Below are positions 39,740 through 54,135 of a DNA stretch of 64,000 nucleotides, in pieces. How positions within the stretch are numbered: the stretch's first letter is position 1; the number at the start of each line of letters is the position of its first letter. The stretch is from Lama guanicoe (Eukaryota). Below the pieces are notes generated by a model. The model worked only from the letters and a program-made list of their open reading frames with translations, searched no databases and had not been told where the DNA came from. Made by a program: the position numbers and the translations under genes. The stretch covers positions 1,056,001 through 1,120,000 of the forward strand of contig MU054132.1 in NCBI GenBank assembly GCA_013239625.1, read 5' to 3'.

Positions 39740-40410
39740 TATCAGGTAAGATCCACTCCAGGTGCACGACAGACCAATGGATTTTAATAAATATGAGAAG
39801 CTCATCAATATGGTTTCAGATTCTACACTGCAAAAAACCTGTAAGAAACAACCACTTGTCAAGTCAAGTTTTGAGGTCAAATCAAAGAATATCCACAGTT
39901 ACCTGAAAGAAGACTATCAAAATACTCCTCTTATCTGTGAAATATGTTTTTTCATATACTTCAACTCAAACATACTGTGACAGATTAAATGCAGCTGTCT
40001 TTTATTAAACCAGACATGAAAGAAATTTAGAAAAATGTAAAACAACACTAGCCTTCTTACTAATTTTTTTAGAAAAGTATACTTATGAAAAATGTTAACA
40101 TTAACATATAATTAATTTGTTATTTTAAAATATTTTGAAATCTCTCAGTTTTAATATCCATTTTGATCAATATTGAAAGATACAACCCATATAAACAAAA
40201 GATCTCTGGGGTCCTTAATACTTTTGTAAATGGCTTTATTGAGGTACAACTGATAACGCAGTACTGTACATATTTAAAGTGTACAATCTGATAAATTTTG
40301 CCTATGTATGCCATTGCCGCAAGACAGAGAACACATCCATCACTCTCAAAAGTTTCCCAATGTTTAAGCATGAGAAGTGGCCTTGATACCAAAAAGTTTG
40401 AGGACTATGC
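39740..40410 (+). mobile_element. Charlie1-like hAT DNA transposon fragment interrupted by a short antisense L1 3' end (about 40230-40365)
   Basis: cagaccaatggattttaat, tggtttcagattctacactgcaa, ataaacaaaagatctctggggtcc and ccaaaaagtttgag motifs. Confidence 0.65.
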
Positions 40411-41291
40411 CTTAAGAGTATTTTAGAGATATTTTCCCTCTAGAGAATTCTGCTATTTATCCAGCGTCAAGTAAAAATATAAAGCAGCAAAGAAGAGTAT
40501 GAAAGACTAAGGTCCTAATCCAGCTCTTTGGAGAGACCTTAGTCAACTCATTTAATTCCTTCAAACCTCAATATTCTCACCTATATCATCAAAGCATTGT
40601 ACCAGTATCTGGTACCTAAGCTCCCTTCCACTTATAAAATATGTCCATTAGTCCACACCTCTACCCTCATGTGTTACTATCAAACTTCTAGCCTCTTCCC
40701 CCAATACCTCCCCCTCCTTCCCCCAGAGTCAAGAAGTCTAAGACAAAGTTCAGGCCTCACTATGTTTCTGTGACAGAAATTTAACCATCTGAGAAATGAG
40801 AAAACATGTAATAATAATATTTCATTAAGGACTAAACCGAATGATGAAGATGTTTAAATTACATGGAAAGAGAAGTAAGAAAATGAATGCTGGCAAGAGG
40901 GCTTCACGGACAAGATAGGGAGCAATCTTTAAATATGATATTTTCCATTACTGTTGACATTGTAAGTAACACATGTCAGAATGTCTTAGGTTATTATTAC
41001 AAAGATGAAACAAAACTGACCAGGAAATACATATACTGATTATGGAATGATAAAGCAATTGTGGCAAAATGCTATTGATTGGTGAATCTGAAAAAACATA
41101 CAGAAGTTCTTTGTTTTATTTATTCTTTTCTTTCATTTATCTGCATATCTGCAATTATTTCAAAATAAAAATTTAAGTACTTCTAGTTCAATTTTCTAAA
41201 AATAGGGGAAAAAATGACAAAAGAAAGCTAACTCCTTTTCTATACCCCCCCAAAAGTTCCCAAAGCCAAGTCCACTTTCAATAATAAAACT

Positions 41292-41480
41292 GGGGGAGGA
41301 TATAGCTCAAGTGGTAGAGTTCATGTTCAGCAAGCACAAGGTCCTGGGTTCAATCCCCAGTACCTCCACTGAAAAAAATTAATAAATAAACCTAATTACC
41401 TCTCTCTGTAAAAAACCAAAACCAAAATAAAACAAAAACCCACAGAAAAACAAAGCAAAAATCAAAAATAAAATAAAATA
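41292..41480 (+). mobile_element. tRNA-derived SINE (camelid Vic-1-like)
   Basis: gggggaggatatagctcaagtggtagag...gggttcaatcccc head, aaacctaattacc body, A-rich tail. Confidence 0.85.
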
Positions 41481-44129
41481 GATTTAAATGCTCATGTTTG
41501 ACTATATTAGGATGTCTTTCTCCTTCGTACTACATAGGCAAAAATTCCACCAACCTTCCTGATTTGAAATTAATCATACTTGATCACACCTAAAATGGCT
41601 GGAGACTTTTTTAAAAAAAAAGACTTCCCAAGTTCTAACAATATTTGAAAACACTGAAGCATTGAAGATCTCAACCAGGAAAGAGATGATGACTTTGAGT
41701 TAACAGTTTCTTCGTGTTTTGCTTCAAACAGAAATCCTGCAGGATGCGCCCCAGAGTGGGCACAGGTGAAGGATGCCACTGTGAGCCATAATCCAGCCTA
41801 AGTCAGCAACAGTTTAGCTATAAACACTACACTGTTTTCAGCTGTTCCTTCTAACTCTCATGACACTAGACTTACTATCATACTGAAATGTACATTGTTC
41901 CTATAAAAAAATGTGTCTCTATACAATTTTCTTTCTCATTCTCCAAAGAGGTTGTTACATATACTCTCTTTTCCAGCATCCTCTCATCCCAACATACAAA
42001 CTCTTAGTTTATAGAAAATAAATAAATCTACTGCAAACTGACCTACGTGAGTCCATCATTACTTCTTTCCTATTTCTGAGGGAGGTATAATCCTCCACCT
42101 TTATGTTCTTTTTAATTTGGGGTGGGGGGAGCCTGCCCAACTAGAGAACATGAGAAATGCACATCATTCTCGTTTCTAAGAGCAGCCTTTATACAATTAT
42201 GCCCTTTATCATTTCCCTTGCCATCCAGTCCTCCAACCTCCTAGACTTGCTTTTTTAAAATCCCTTTTGTCCTCTTCTGGTTATAAGCACAATTAAGTTT
42301 CAGCATTTTAAAAACAAACAAAATCCAAACTGTATTAAAGAAAAAAAATTCCCTATAGAAGAATCTATGGATTAAAGGAAATTTAGATTTCAACCCAGTT
42401 ATTAAAAACAAATGAGATAATGGAAGAAATATTGGTGAACTGCGTACTGATTGGACATTTGATATGAACTGGTGTGTGTGTGTGTGTGTGGGTGTGTGTG
42501 AATGGTAATGCAATCATGTTTTAAAAAGGAATGCATTTTTAGAGATGCAGACTGATAATAAAGACGATAATATGATGTCTGAGATTTGCTTCAAAACACA
42601 ACATCTAGGGTTGGGTGGAGGGACTGAGAGTGGGATAGATGAAATCAGATTGCCCATCTGTTCAACAAGTCAAACAACTGACTAGAGTCTGTGTCTCTAG
42701 TCTGACTTTCTTACTAGCACAAAACATGTTCACATTATTCCCTGGTTTAAAACTCTTCAGTGTTTCCCTGTGACCTACAGATTACAGAGCAAATTTATCA
42801 CACAAGATTTTATACAAGCCAGTCTTAAATAATATTGTCAAGACAACAAGCATAATAAACCATGACTGTCATGTACCTGTGGTATGAGATATAACTAGCC
42901 ACCCTAAGTAGAGAGATGTAAAAATTTGGCTCTTTTCAGACAAAACAGGAATTAAAACATTCCCTCAGAATGTCAATAACTCATAATAAACCCCATTTCT
43001 ATGTTGACATTCTATTAAACAAGGTATATAAATGACAGTATTCAAATTTTGGTAGGTGTTAAGTTTTTAGTTTAAAGCCATAAAAACAATTTACAAGTAA
43101 CCATAACCAAAATTCAACTGTGGTAGAAACCACATGTGAACATTAAACTGCATTCATGTCCACAGATCCTATTTCAATGAATTCTACTCATTCTACCAAC
43201 TTATTTCAGACAACTATGGATAACTGACATTCCAGCTCTAAACTGAAGATGCAAAAACCACTTTCCCAAGTAGGGCAAATTATTCATAGGTATTTAACAT
43301 TCTTATTAAGGAATTTTGATTTGGAACACTAAAACACACACAAATCAAGAAGGAAATTAATGTCCAAACATTTATTCCCTTTCTTTTTCTAGTTCCTCAG
43401 ATTATGAAGGATTTCTTCACACTCTGATAAGAAGTTTGTCAGCAGAGTGTGTCCCTGGAAGGGTCTGGTTTCCCACTCCTTCTGAACCCTTCTTCCCCCT
43501 GACCTAGAGCCAAATGTGTAGTGACATCTTCCACCCTAGTCCAGCTAAATTTCAATCCCATCTCCTCTCAACACACAGCCGGAAGCACATTTCTTCCCTC
43601 CTCTGCCTCACATCCTGTTACCATACAAGAGGGAGGCAAGACCAAATCTGCCAGAATCCTCCTAGAACTGATCAACCTCTGCTTTGCTGGTTTTCTAATG
43701 CTGAGTAAAAAGATACCATGGCAGGCACTTGAAGCAATAGCTTTCTCTCTGCTCTGAAAAAATGCAATGAAAACTCAAGTGTTAAGTCTTTTGCACCTTC
43801 TGGTCATCACCGTGGACCATTCATTAGCAGGCTGTGTTAACAGTGCATTCAAACACACACCAGATCTTCAGAAGAAGGGTCCACCAGTGCCCTAGCAGGT
43901 GATCAAATTTCTTGAATGCAAATGAAGGTATTCTTTACTCAACCATTCAGAATTTCACATTTATCCATTTCAGTTGGTGGACCAGGTCAAATTGCAGTTT
44001 TCCTTTAACTAAGTTGAATGGATCAAACATAACAAAGATATCAACAATTTAATGCTCTCTTGAGCTGTACTCATTTATTCATTCAAGTATTTAAAGGAGG
44101 TTCCAGGGATAAAGCAGTGAATAAAATGT

Positions 44130-47100
44130 GCCTGGCTCCAATGTGTGTTCTTCTCTTCTTGCTTCTATGGTGCTCTGCTGGTATGTGGGACATCAAATGA
44201 TGCTCACCCCCAACCTTCGTTCAGGGGCACCCCACAGTTGGCTGTGCCACTCCAGCCAACTCCTAGTGAGTTTCCTAAAGAGTTTTGTTGATACCCTTGC
44301 CAGGCTCAGCCTGTGGCATCTCAGGAAGTGAGACTACCTGAAGCACTTTACTTTTACCAGCCCTTTATATGCCTGAGTCTTGCCTCAGGGCTACATCAGT
44401 TCTTTTATAATATAGCCCATAGTGATGCTGAACATCATGACATTCCAAAAAATATCACACTAGCCCACTATATTAGTATTATGCTAATTGGGTCTGATGA
44501 GTAGAAAGTAGCAAATACAAATGCTTTAGTCAGACATATGCAAACTAGAGAATGGGAGATAAACCACAAAATTCAAGGTCCTGTCACATCAATTGAGGGT
44601 CTGGAACCAACAGCCCAAAACATGTCAAGATTCCCCTTCCAATGTGAATGATAAATTGCTACAACTTGCGTCACCAACAATGAAAAAAACAGGTATAATG
44701 CTTGGTAGGCCTTTTTTGATTTGGGGGGCAACACATACCACATTCCAATGTCCATCTTTAACCCATCTACAAAGTTACCCATGAGGCTGATGGTGTAGCA
44801 GAGCGACAGAGCAAGAGAAGGCTCTGCAGCAAGTTTAGGTTGCAGCTCAAGCTGCTTTACCACTGGGCCTTATGATCTAGCAGATCCAATGAAAGTTGAA
44901 GTGTCCATGGAATAGGGATATTAAATGGGGCCTCTAACAACCAAGAATAAGAGAATCAGAGACCAGATCTCCGTATTTTTGGAGAAAATCTATACTCTAT
45001 TCTGCAGACAACTATTCACCTTTTCAAAAATAGCTCCAGGCTTGCTCTCGGGCCTTGGTAGAGACTAAATGCCTAACCATGTATTATAACGTGATCATGT
45101 GGCCTCATCATGAACTAGATGCTGCCTCACCCACCGAGCCATAAAGGTGGGCATGCACAGCACCAATCTAGCATTGAGTGGAAACATGTAAGAGACCAAA
45201 TTCAAGCAGGTCCAAAGATAAGAATAAGTTGCATAAGCAGGTGGCTGAGATTCCCTGCACTCTGACCTCTATTTCTGAGCCCCCTCTCCCTCAACCTATG
45301 CTAACAGCCTCCTGAGAGTTCCATATGACCAGCTGACTAGGAAAGAAAAAACCCAAGTCTGCTTTTCATGTGGATCCACCCAATATGCTGGTACAGATGC
45401 AGTACTATAGCCCATGTAAAGGTAACGCTGAAGGACAAAAGACGTGGCGAAAGAAAATCCTCCCAGTGGGTGGAACTTTGAGCAGCACATTTGGCAGCCC
45501 CTCTGCCTGCAGTGAAAGATGGGCAGAGCACAGATTTACACTGGTTATTTGTGCCCCATGTGACTAATCATTAAATGGCACTCACTTTAAAGGAAGCTCT
45601 TAACTAGGTGACAAAATACATACTTTGTGGATGCGAGGCAATCTCTTGCCCCAGCCACCACAGTGTGTCCTCAACAGACCCAGGAAAAAGTGGCCATCAT
45701 GGCAGGGAGAGAGGCTACGTATGGGGTCGGCAACATGGACATGCCCTAAACAAGGCTGACCTGGCTAAAGTTACTGCCAAGTGTGTCTAAGCTGTCAATG
45801 GCAGAGACCCAAACTCAGTACCCTATAGGGTACCACTCCCAGTGAGACCAGTAGCCACCTGGTGGCAAGTTAATTACACTAAACATCCATCATGGTGGGG
45901 AATGTAGGAGTGGCTAGGAGGGGCAGAGATTTGTCCTCAATGTCCAAACATGTATTCTGGATATAGATTCGCCTTCTCTGCCTGTAATACTTTGTCTATC
46001 ACTCATAAAATGCCTGATCCACCATCATAACATTCCACACAGCACTACTTCCAATTAATAAAGTCATTTTACAGCAAAGTGAAAAAATGGGCTCACGTCC
46101 ATGGAATCAGTTGGTATTAATCATACACCCCATCACCCAGGATGGCTGGCCTAATTAAAAGATGTAATACTTACTGAAAACTCAGTTACAGTTTCAGTTG
46201 GGAGACGATACCTTAAAAGAATGGGATAGTGTTTTGAATCAGAGACCCTTACAGGATGCTGTCTCCCCTAGAGCCAGAATATGTGGGTCTGGGAATCAAG
46301 GGGAATCACTATTATATCCAATTTCTCATAGAATTTTCACTTCCATTCCTGACAACTTTGAGCTCTGCTAGTTTGAAGGTCTTAGTCCCCAAGGAGGAAA
46401 TATACCTACCAGCATATACAACAATTCAATTGAATTAGAAAATGAAACTCCTACCTGGCCATTTGGGACTCCTTATTCCACTGAACCAGTAGGCAGAAAA
46501 GAAGGTTACTCTACTGGCTGGAATGACTGAGACTCATTATCAAGGGGAAACTGGGTTACTACAACACAATGAAAGCAAGGAGGACTATGTCTGGAACCCA
46601 AGGGATTTCTCTGAGGTAACTCTTAATACTTCCATGCCAATAATAAAGACTCATGGAAAACTAGAGCAACTAAAAAAGGGCCAGACTACTGAGGAAAAGC
46701 AAGTTCGAAATTCTGGGTCATTTCTCCACGTAAGAATTTCAACCAGCTGAGGTTCTGGCTGAGGGCGAGGGAAACTTAAAATGGGTAGTTGAAGATGCAA
46801 CTGACAGACATAATTCTGGTCTTATGACTAATTACAGAAATGAGAACTCTGAGGGTTTTGGATATTTTTTCTTTGTTATACTCTGTGTTTATTTGCATAT
46901 TCTAACCATTTTCTTCTTTCTTGCCATTATTATAAGTTGTGAAAGGCTAACTTTACAATCAACCTCTTGATAAGAGAATATTCAGTGAACTGTGATTTGG
47001 GGAGTGATTAATATACCCAGCAATGGAAAGCATGACTATAGGTACTGAGCATCTCATTTCGGGAAAAGGGCGAAAGCTGCTTCATCGTATGAGAGACAGC

Positions 47101-47790
47101 TGTATCTTGTTAGATGCAAACGTAAGAGTTGTTCTGCTGATACACGAAAGTTCAACTATATGCAGGAAAGTACATATGGACGCTAAGTAGCCAAAGGAGT
47201 AGACTATGCCAGTTTCAATTTATTGCCTCTCAGCTCCAAATCCCCCTTTTATTGCCTCACTTGTGATAACGGACCTGAACCCTGTAAACGCTTCTCCTTT
47301 GCCAGCTGGCATGATACCAAGGTTAGCAGAGGGTGTTAGAGAAAGAGGTTTCTCTTCCTGCTTCCAGCATGGCTTCCCATCTTCCTGCTCCTGTGCTGCT
47401 CCGCTGGTGCAGAACACCACCGGTCCTCATCCTGACATGTTTTAGTGGGCACTCTCATGAGAATCTTCCCAGGCAAGTCCTGCCAGTGGCCACTGCTGCT
47501 TCCTGGTGATTCAGCAGTACCTCTGTGTACAACTTCCTGTTTGCCAACATACAATCTCCTCAGCAAACATCTTTACTGTCCAGTGAAGATATTCATGATA
47601 AGAATCTGATTTTGGAGGAGGAGGGCACTCTTCCAAATTTTTCTTTCCTTTGTAGTCTGTCTCAGTTCTAGGGACAGTCCTGGCTCCCCTTATCTATCAT
47701 TCCTGCATCCTCTAGAGTTCTCTCTATCGCTTAGAAGTTAACTCCCTGCTCAAATTATGACATGGTTTCTGTCACCTGACTGATAGATAC
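44130..47790 (+). mobile_element. Degenerate ERV-L provirus remnant: pol-region fragments plus 3' LTR (LTR33-like, 47205 to about 47790)
   Basis: ERVL pol-like fragments (tacctgaagcacttta, agtggccatcatggcaggga, ccacctggtggcaagttaattacac); purine tract then tgccagtttcaatttattgcctctcagctccaaatcc; all frames broken. Confidence 0.75.
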
Positions 47791-49709
47791 CAAGAATTAA
47801 ATCAGTGAGATGGCTAAGAGAAAATCTTCAAATTTCTCATCATAAGAAAAAAAATTGTGTAAATAAGTGTGGTGATGGATATTAACTAGATTTTTTTGCA
47901 GTGATTATTTCACAATATGTAGAATATACGAAATCATTAATATAAACTCACTTACATGGCAATACCTCCATAAAAAATAAAAAATAAAAAACTGTGAGAC
48001 AGCTTAATTCCACATTACAGATAAAATGGGGGAAAGAACAAGAGATGTTTAATCCGAGGAGAATAAACCATAAGGCACACGCTTATCTCTAACATAAAGT
48101 CTATCCTGTGCATGAGAGGACATACCGTTTCTCTGCTGCTCAGTAGCAATGACAGCCACAGTAGAATAGCTCTTCATTTTACACGGAAAAACCCAAGACC
48201 AGAAATACTAACTTTTATTGACCAGAGAGCAGAACCCATCAATGAGGATTTCTAAGAAGTCTAATGTCGGTATTTAAATTCACCATTCACACAGCTTAGC
48301 ATCTTCTCATCTCATTTTAAATTGCTGAGATCCCACTGGAGAATCAGCCTTGCCAGGTTTTTGCAGTGGCAAAGTTCTAAGTTAATTTTTTCATGAGAAA
48401 CAAAGCAAAAGCTCTTCGTTCAGTTTGCCTAGAGTCCTTTTAAAGTTTCACCTTCAATTTTGTCCTCTATAAATAGAGAATCTCCAAAGACAATGGATAC
48501 CAGACACGCTCTAGTTACATCCAGTTAAAATATTGTTATACAATCATTTAAATAGGAAAGGGGGCTGGTGGCCAAAAAGAATGATTTACTGGCAGGAGCA
48601 TTTATTGGGTCGAAGCTGTAAGGACTTTCTATGTGGGCATTAATTATTATCCCAATATCACCCTACATTTATTAACCCCTTCAACCAGGTTACAAAGCAC
48701 TGAAAGTATTTTCTGTTCCTTAACCGAAACAATTCTTTTATTACTAGTTTTCCTTTCATAGAGGAAGAACTTCAGGATTAAATAGGGCAAATTACTTGGC
48801 TAAGAGACCAAAGCTAGTAGATGATAGATCTAGGCCTGCTCTTTTCCACAATGTTCCCAAGATTGAGACAAACCACTAAGGGAGACTTGTTTCCAGAAAG
48901 GCATGTACTAATAAGCTGGCAAAAATTATTGCAATTTTATCTGGCCTTGTTCTTAACGTTCTTTTTCTACATGAGGTCTGAAACAAACAGAAAGAACCAC
49001 CTACTCAGAGAAAAATGTGGTGAAGAAAAAGGAAGGAAGGAAGCATAACCAAACAGCTTACACAACTTCATGATACACAGAAATTTAAGTCAGATAATCT
49101 GTTCATACACAAGATAGCAAGTGGCCCATTCCTCTTCAACATTAAACACAACAGCTGTTACAGTCTAGACAGAAGTCTGTAACTTTCTCAATAGCACAGA
49201 AAGATCAGAGCACAAGTCTTTATTAATTAAAAGTTTTTTTCCTAAACCTCAGTGACAATGTTATAGCCACGAAAATGTGTTAGGTAAAGAGGGAGACAGA
49301 AAATCATCATAAAACTAACATTGTCAGGGATATGGGAGTAGCACCAGAGCAAATGGGCCAGGTGGCACATACTCAGGCTTTGTCACAGGAGAGGGGAAGG
49401 GGGATGTCTATACCAAGGATAATTTTAAATCCCCTGACACCTCTCTTAAATGCTACAGAAACCTAGCAAGGGATCTACAGGAAAAAGTCCTGATATGCTG
49501 TAGAATGACCAGGAAATATGCATCAGCAGAAACAGCCCTCCTCCATAGCCAGGGCTCTATATTGGCCACAGGCAGTGCCCGGCCGGCGCCTCCTCCCAGC
49601 CTCCTCCCCTTCACCTACTTCACTTTCATCTCAACAGACCTAACACGGCCAATTTCCAACAGACTCCCTCTTTCAGCTTTAAAAAAAAAAAGTTCAACGA
49701 GATTACTCA

Positions 49710-50345
49710 ACAGCTACTGAGTACCAACTATATGTCAGACACTGTTCTAGGTGCTGGGCCACAGCAGTGACCGGAACAAAACCCCCGCCCCTCTCAACAG
49801 TTATCTTCTGGTGGGCAAAGTCAGACAATAAAGAAGATAAATCAATAAACTGTGCCAATGATAAAGCAACAAGTGCCAGGGAGAAAATTAGGGTAGAGAA
49901 GTAGGGGAGAAAAACAGAAGTGGTACAATTTTAGGTAAGCTAGAGAAGGCCTCGCTAAGCGGGTTGAGAGTGAACTATGGGTCTGTCTGCGGGAAGAGCA
50001 TTCCAGACGGAAAACATCTGGTGCTCAGAGCCCAAGGCAAGGGCCCACCTGGCTTGTCCAGCAACAGTGGCAAGAACACCAGTGAAGCAAAGTCAGCAAA
50101 AGGGAGAATTAGGAGATGTGGTCAGAGAGATCTATTTTTCTGACAGGATAGATGTGGGATGTGAGAGAGAGAATAGGGGAAGCCAAACATTTAGCCTGAG
50201 CAAGCAGAAGAACACTCTATTTCTGTTTAATGAGATGGGGAAGGTTTTGTTTTTTGTTTTGTTTTGGTAGGGGAGCGGGGGAGGAATCCAAAGTTCAGCT
50301 TAGGGCACCTCGAATTTCAGATATAAACTGTACATCTAAACGGAG
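49710..50345 (-). mobile_element. L2 3' fragment
   Basis: tactgagtaccaactatatgtcagacactgttctaggtgctggg; gaatttcagatataaac. Confidence 0.6.
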
Positions 50346-50589
50346 AATTGAAGCTCTAATTTCACATTTCCCCAGTTCTCATCCAATCTCCTCATGGACT
50401 CTTACCAATATTACATCTGTTCTTACAAAATGTTCCTTAAAACTATTTAGCACTTAAATAATGTTTATATATTTGTGCATTTCCCTCTGTAAGTGGACAA
50501 ATTAGGACAAACCCACAAGTTAATATATAAAGCAACATTTTAATTCTAAAGAGGTTTGTGGTGAACACGATGGTTAACTTGAAAATCAT

Positions 50590-52125
50590 CTTTTTTTTTT
50601 AATAAGCTAGCTTATTTACTTTTACCATTCTCAAGTGTACAACTCAGTGGCATTAAGTACATGCACACTACTATGCAAACGTCACTGCCATCCATCTCCA
50701 GAACTTTTTTCACCTTGTAAAACCGAAACTCTGTACCCACTGAAAAAATAACTTCCCATTTCCCCCTCCTCCCAATTCACAGCAACCACTATTCTACTTT
50801 CTGTCTCTATGAATATGACTACGTATGTGCAGTACCTTATATAAGTAGAATCATGTAAGTGGCATTAGTATTTGTCCTTTTGTGACTGGCTTATTTCACT
50901 TAGCATGGCATCTTCAAGATTCATCCAGGTTGGAGCATGTGTTGGAATTTTCTTCCTTTTAAAAACTGAGTAACACTCCACTATATGAATACACCACATT
51001 TTGTTTATCCATCCATCCGTCGTAGGCACTTCGGCTGCTTCCACATTCTGGCTATTGTGAAGAATGCTGCTATGAACATGGGTGTACAAATACCTGCTCG
51101 AGTCCCTGTTTCATTTTGGTATATATCCAGAAGTGAGTTTATAACAGGTTCCTATAACAGCTGCACCATTTTACATGCTCATCAGCAGTGCACAAGTGTT
51201 CCAATTTCTCCTCATCCTCTCCAATACTTGTTATTTTCTATTTGATTGTTTAGTAACAGCCATCCTCATGGGTGTAAAGTCATATCTCACTCTCGTTTGG
51301 ATTTGCATTTTCCTGATGATTAGTGGTACTATGCATCTATTTGTGTGCTTATTGGCTTACATATCTTCTTTAGGAGAAATGTCTATTCAAGTCCCTTGCT
51401 CTTTTTTAATCAAGTTGTGTGCTATTTTGTTGAGTTGTAGGAGTGCTCTATATATTCTAGATATTAATCCCTTGTCAGATTACATGTTTTAGAAGTATTT
51501 TCTCCCATTCTGTGAATTGCCTTTTTACTCTATTGATAGTGTCCTTTGATGCACAAAAAGTTTTTGACTTTGATGGAGTCCAATTTATCTATTTTCACTT
51601 TTGTTGCCTCTGCTTTTGGTATCATACCCAAGAAATCACTGTCAAATCTGATGTCATGAAGATTTCGCCGTATGTTTTCTTCTAAGAGTTTTATAGTTTT
51701 AGGGCTTACATTTAGGTCTTTGATCCACTGAGTTAATTTTTCTATGTGATGTAAAGTAAGGGCCCAACTTCATTCTTTTGCATGTGGATAGCCAGTTTTC
51801 CTAACACCATTTGCTGAAAAGATTATCTTTTTCTCAGTGGATGGTTTTGGCACACTTGGTATAAAATCATGACTATATATGCAATATAGGCAAGGGTTTA
51901 TTTCTGGGCTCTCTATTCCCTGGTCTATATGTCTATCTTTATGTCAGTACCACCACTGTTTTAATTATTGTAGCATTATGGTAAATTTTGAAATTAGGAA
52001 GACTGAGATCTCCAACTTTATTTCTTTTTAAGATTGTTTTGGTTACTCAAGGTCCTTTAAGATTCTGTATGTATTTTAGGATAGATTTTTTCTATGTCTA
52101 CAAAAAAGGTAGTTGGTATTTTGTG
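50590..52125 (-). mobile_element. L1MA/MB 3' region
   Basis: ORF 50865..51089 resembles the L1 ORF2 C-terminus ([15 protein letters not shown]...TWMNLEDAMLSEISQSQKDKY); poly(T) at 50591-50600. Confidence 0.85.
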
Positions 52126-52329
52126 AGGGAAAAAAATCATCCTTTGAAAAAGCACTCTGAATCTTCCTACCAGTGACTAACATTTCACTACTGCTGCTGG
52201 AAGCTCATAGCTGCAGTAATCTGTATACATCCTTTTATACATACCTCCAAATTTTTCACGAGGAATTAATCCTTGAACAATGTAAAAAAACACATAAAGG
52301 TTAAGTATGTTATTCAAATATCTCCTTTA

Positions 52330-53480
52330 AAACATTAGTATGAAAACCCTAAAATTTATAAAGCAAAAACTAACAAAACTGAGAAATAGACAATTCAACA
52401 ATGATTGTTGGAGACTTTAATACACCACTTTTAATAATGGATAGAACAACTAGAAAGAATACCAACAAGGAACAGAAGACCTCAATAGTATTATAAACCA
52501 AGCAGACCTATCAGACATTTATAGAACACTCCATCCAACAACAGAAGAATATACATTCTTCTCAGGTACACACAGAACATTCTCTAGGACAGACCACAGG
52601 TTAGGCCGTAAAACAGGCCTGAAATAAATAGGGACTGAAATCATACAAAGTATGTTCTCCAACCGGAATGGAATTAAATTAGGAAATGACAACATTAAAT
52701 ACTTTGGGGAATTCATAAATATGGAGATATTAACAACACACTCTTAAACTACCAATAGATCAAAAAAAATCACAAAAGATACAAGAAAATATCTTGAGAT
52801 GAATGAAAATGAAAACAGCAAACTGAAACGTATGAGATACAGTTAAAGAAGTCCTCAGAAGAAAATTTATAGCTATGAACACCTATATTAAAAGAGAAGA
52901 AAAAAAATCACAATTCAATAACATAACCTTCCACCTTAAGGAAGTAGGAAAAGAAAAGCAAGCTAAACTTAAAGTAAGCAGAAAGTAAGGAGTAATACAG
53001 ATTAGGGTGGAAGTAAATAAAACTGAGAAGAAAAAAAATAGAGAAAACCAAAAGTTGACTCTCTGAAAAGCTCAACAAAATTGACAAACCTTTAGCTAGA
53101 CTGATCTCTTGAAAAAGAGAGATGACTCAAATTACGAAATTCAGGAATGAAAGAGGAGACAACACCAATATTACAGAAACAAAAAAGGTTCATAAAAGAA
53201 TACCAAGATAAACAAGCTTCCACTGTACAGTACAGGCAACTATATTCAGTTATCTTGTAGTAACCTATAATGAAAAATATGAAAAGGAATATAAGTATGT
53301 ACATGTATGACTGAAACATTATGTTATACATCAAAGACTGATACACTATTGTAAACTGATTATATATGTTTAAAAAAAAAAACAACTGCAATATATCAAC
53401 AAATTATATAACCTAGTTGAAATGGACAAAGTCCTAGAAAGACAGACACTACTTAAGCTGATTCATGAAGAAAACATTAG
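52330..53480 (+). mobile_element. L1 ORF2 endonuclease-region remnant with a younger L1 3' end nested at about 53205-53385
   Basis: gttggagactttaatacaccact, gaatatacattcttctcagg and aaaattgacaaacctttagctagactga motifs. Confidence 0.8.
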
Positions 53481-53639
53481 GATGGAAAATTCAAAAACTA
53501 AAATTATGGTTAGTTCTACAGTTTCTAACAATTAGGCTTGGGAATTAGATCCATGATAGATGGAATTCTGTCAAATTTCCCTATAGAGAAGTCAAGGATC
53601 TCATCCTCTATGATAAAGTATAAGACAATCTTTTGTTGA

Positions 53640-54135
53640 ATTAGCCTTGGTTAATTGGACACCTCTTGTGCCCCAACCTCTCACCCTTTGAAATCTGTCT
53701 TTTATTCCAACTATAGCTGCAGCATCTAGCTGCATACTGGTGTGATTTGATAGCATTTTATTTCACCAAACCAGAGTTTTCTCTCCTACACCATCTTTGA
53801 TGCCAGACACAAGACAGCTGCAGGATGGTATTGCACATGTGCAGTTAGACAACGGAAGAAGGCAAATGGTGAATAAATGCTACCTAATTCTAGCATTCAG
53901 GTGGAAAATTCTGAGATGAATTCTACACAGTTCCTCAAAAGATCCCACCCAACATGATTAAGCCCCCTTTGTCCACAACAGTGACTAAGTTAGTAATATT
54001 TCATTGTATTGGTTTTTCGTCTTTCCAATCTCACTTCCCAATCTCCTACTCTGGTTTTCTGAGATCACTTCTCAAAATAAACTACCTACATGCAAAACCT
54101 TTACCTCAGTCTACATTTTCTTCCAGAAAGTAGTG
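53640..54135 (+). mobile_element. LTR16-like ERVL LTR
   Basis: ttctacacagttcctca and gatcacttctcaaaataaactacctacatgcaaa motifs. Confidence 0.6.

Noticed and set aside
41196..41205. Perfect MEF2 consensus CTAAAAATAG
   Set aside because: Single AT-rich 10-mer beside repeat remnants with no supporting motifs; chance is likely
44128..46750. Possible domesticated ERV-L gene
   Set aside because: No ORF over about 100 aa; all frames are interrupted
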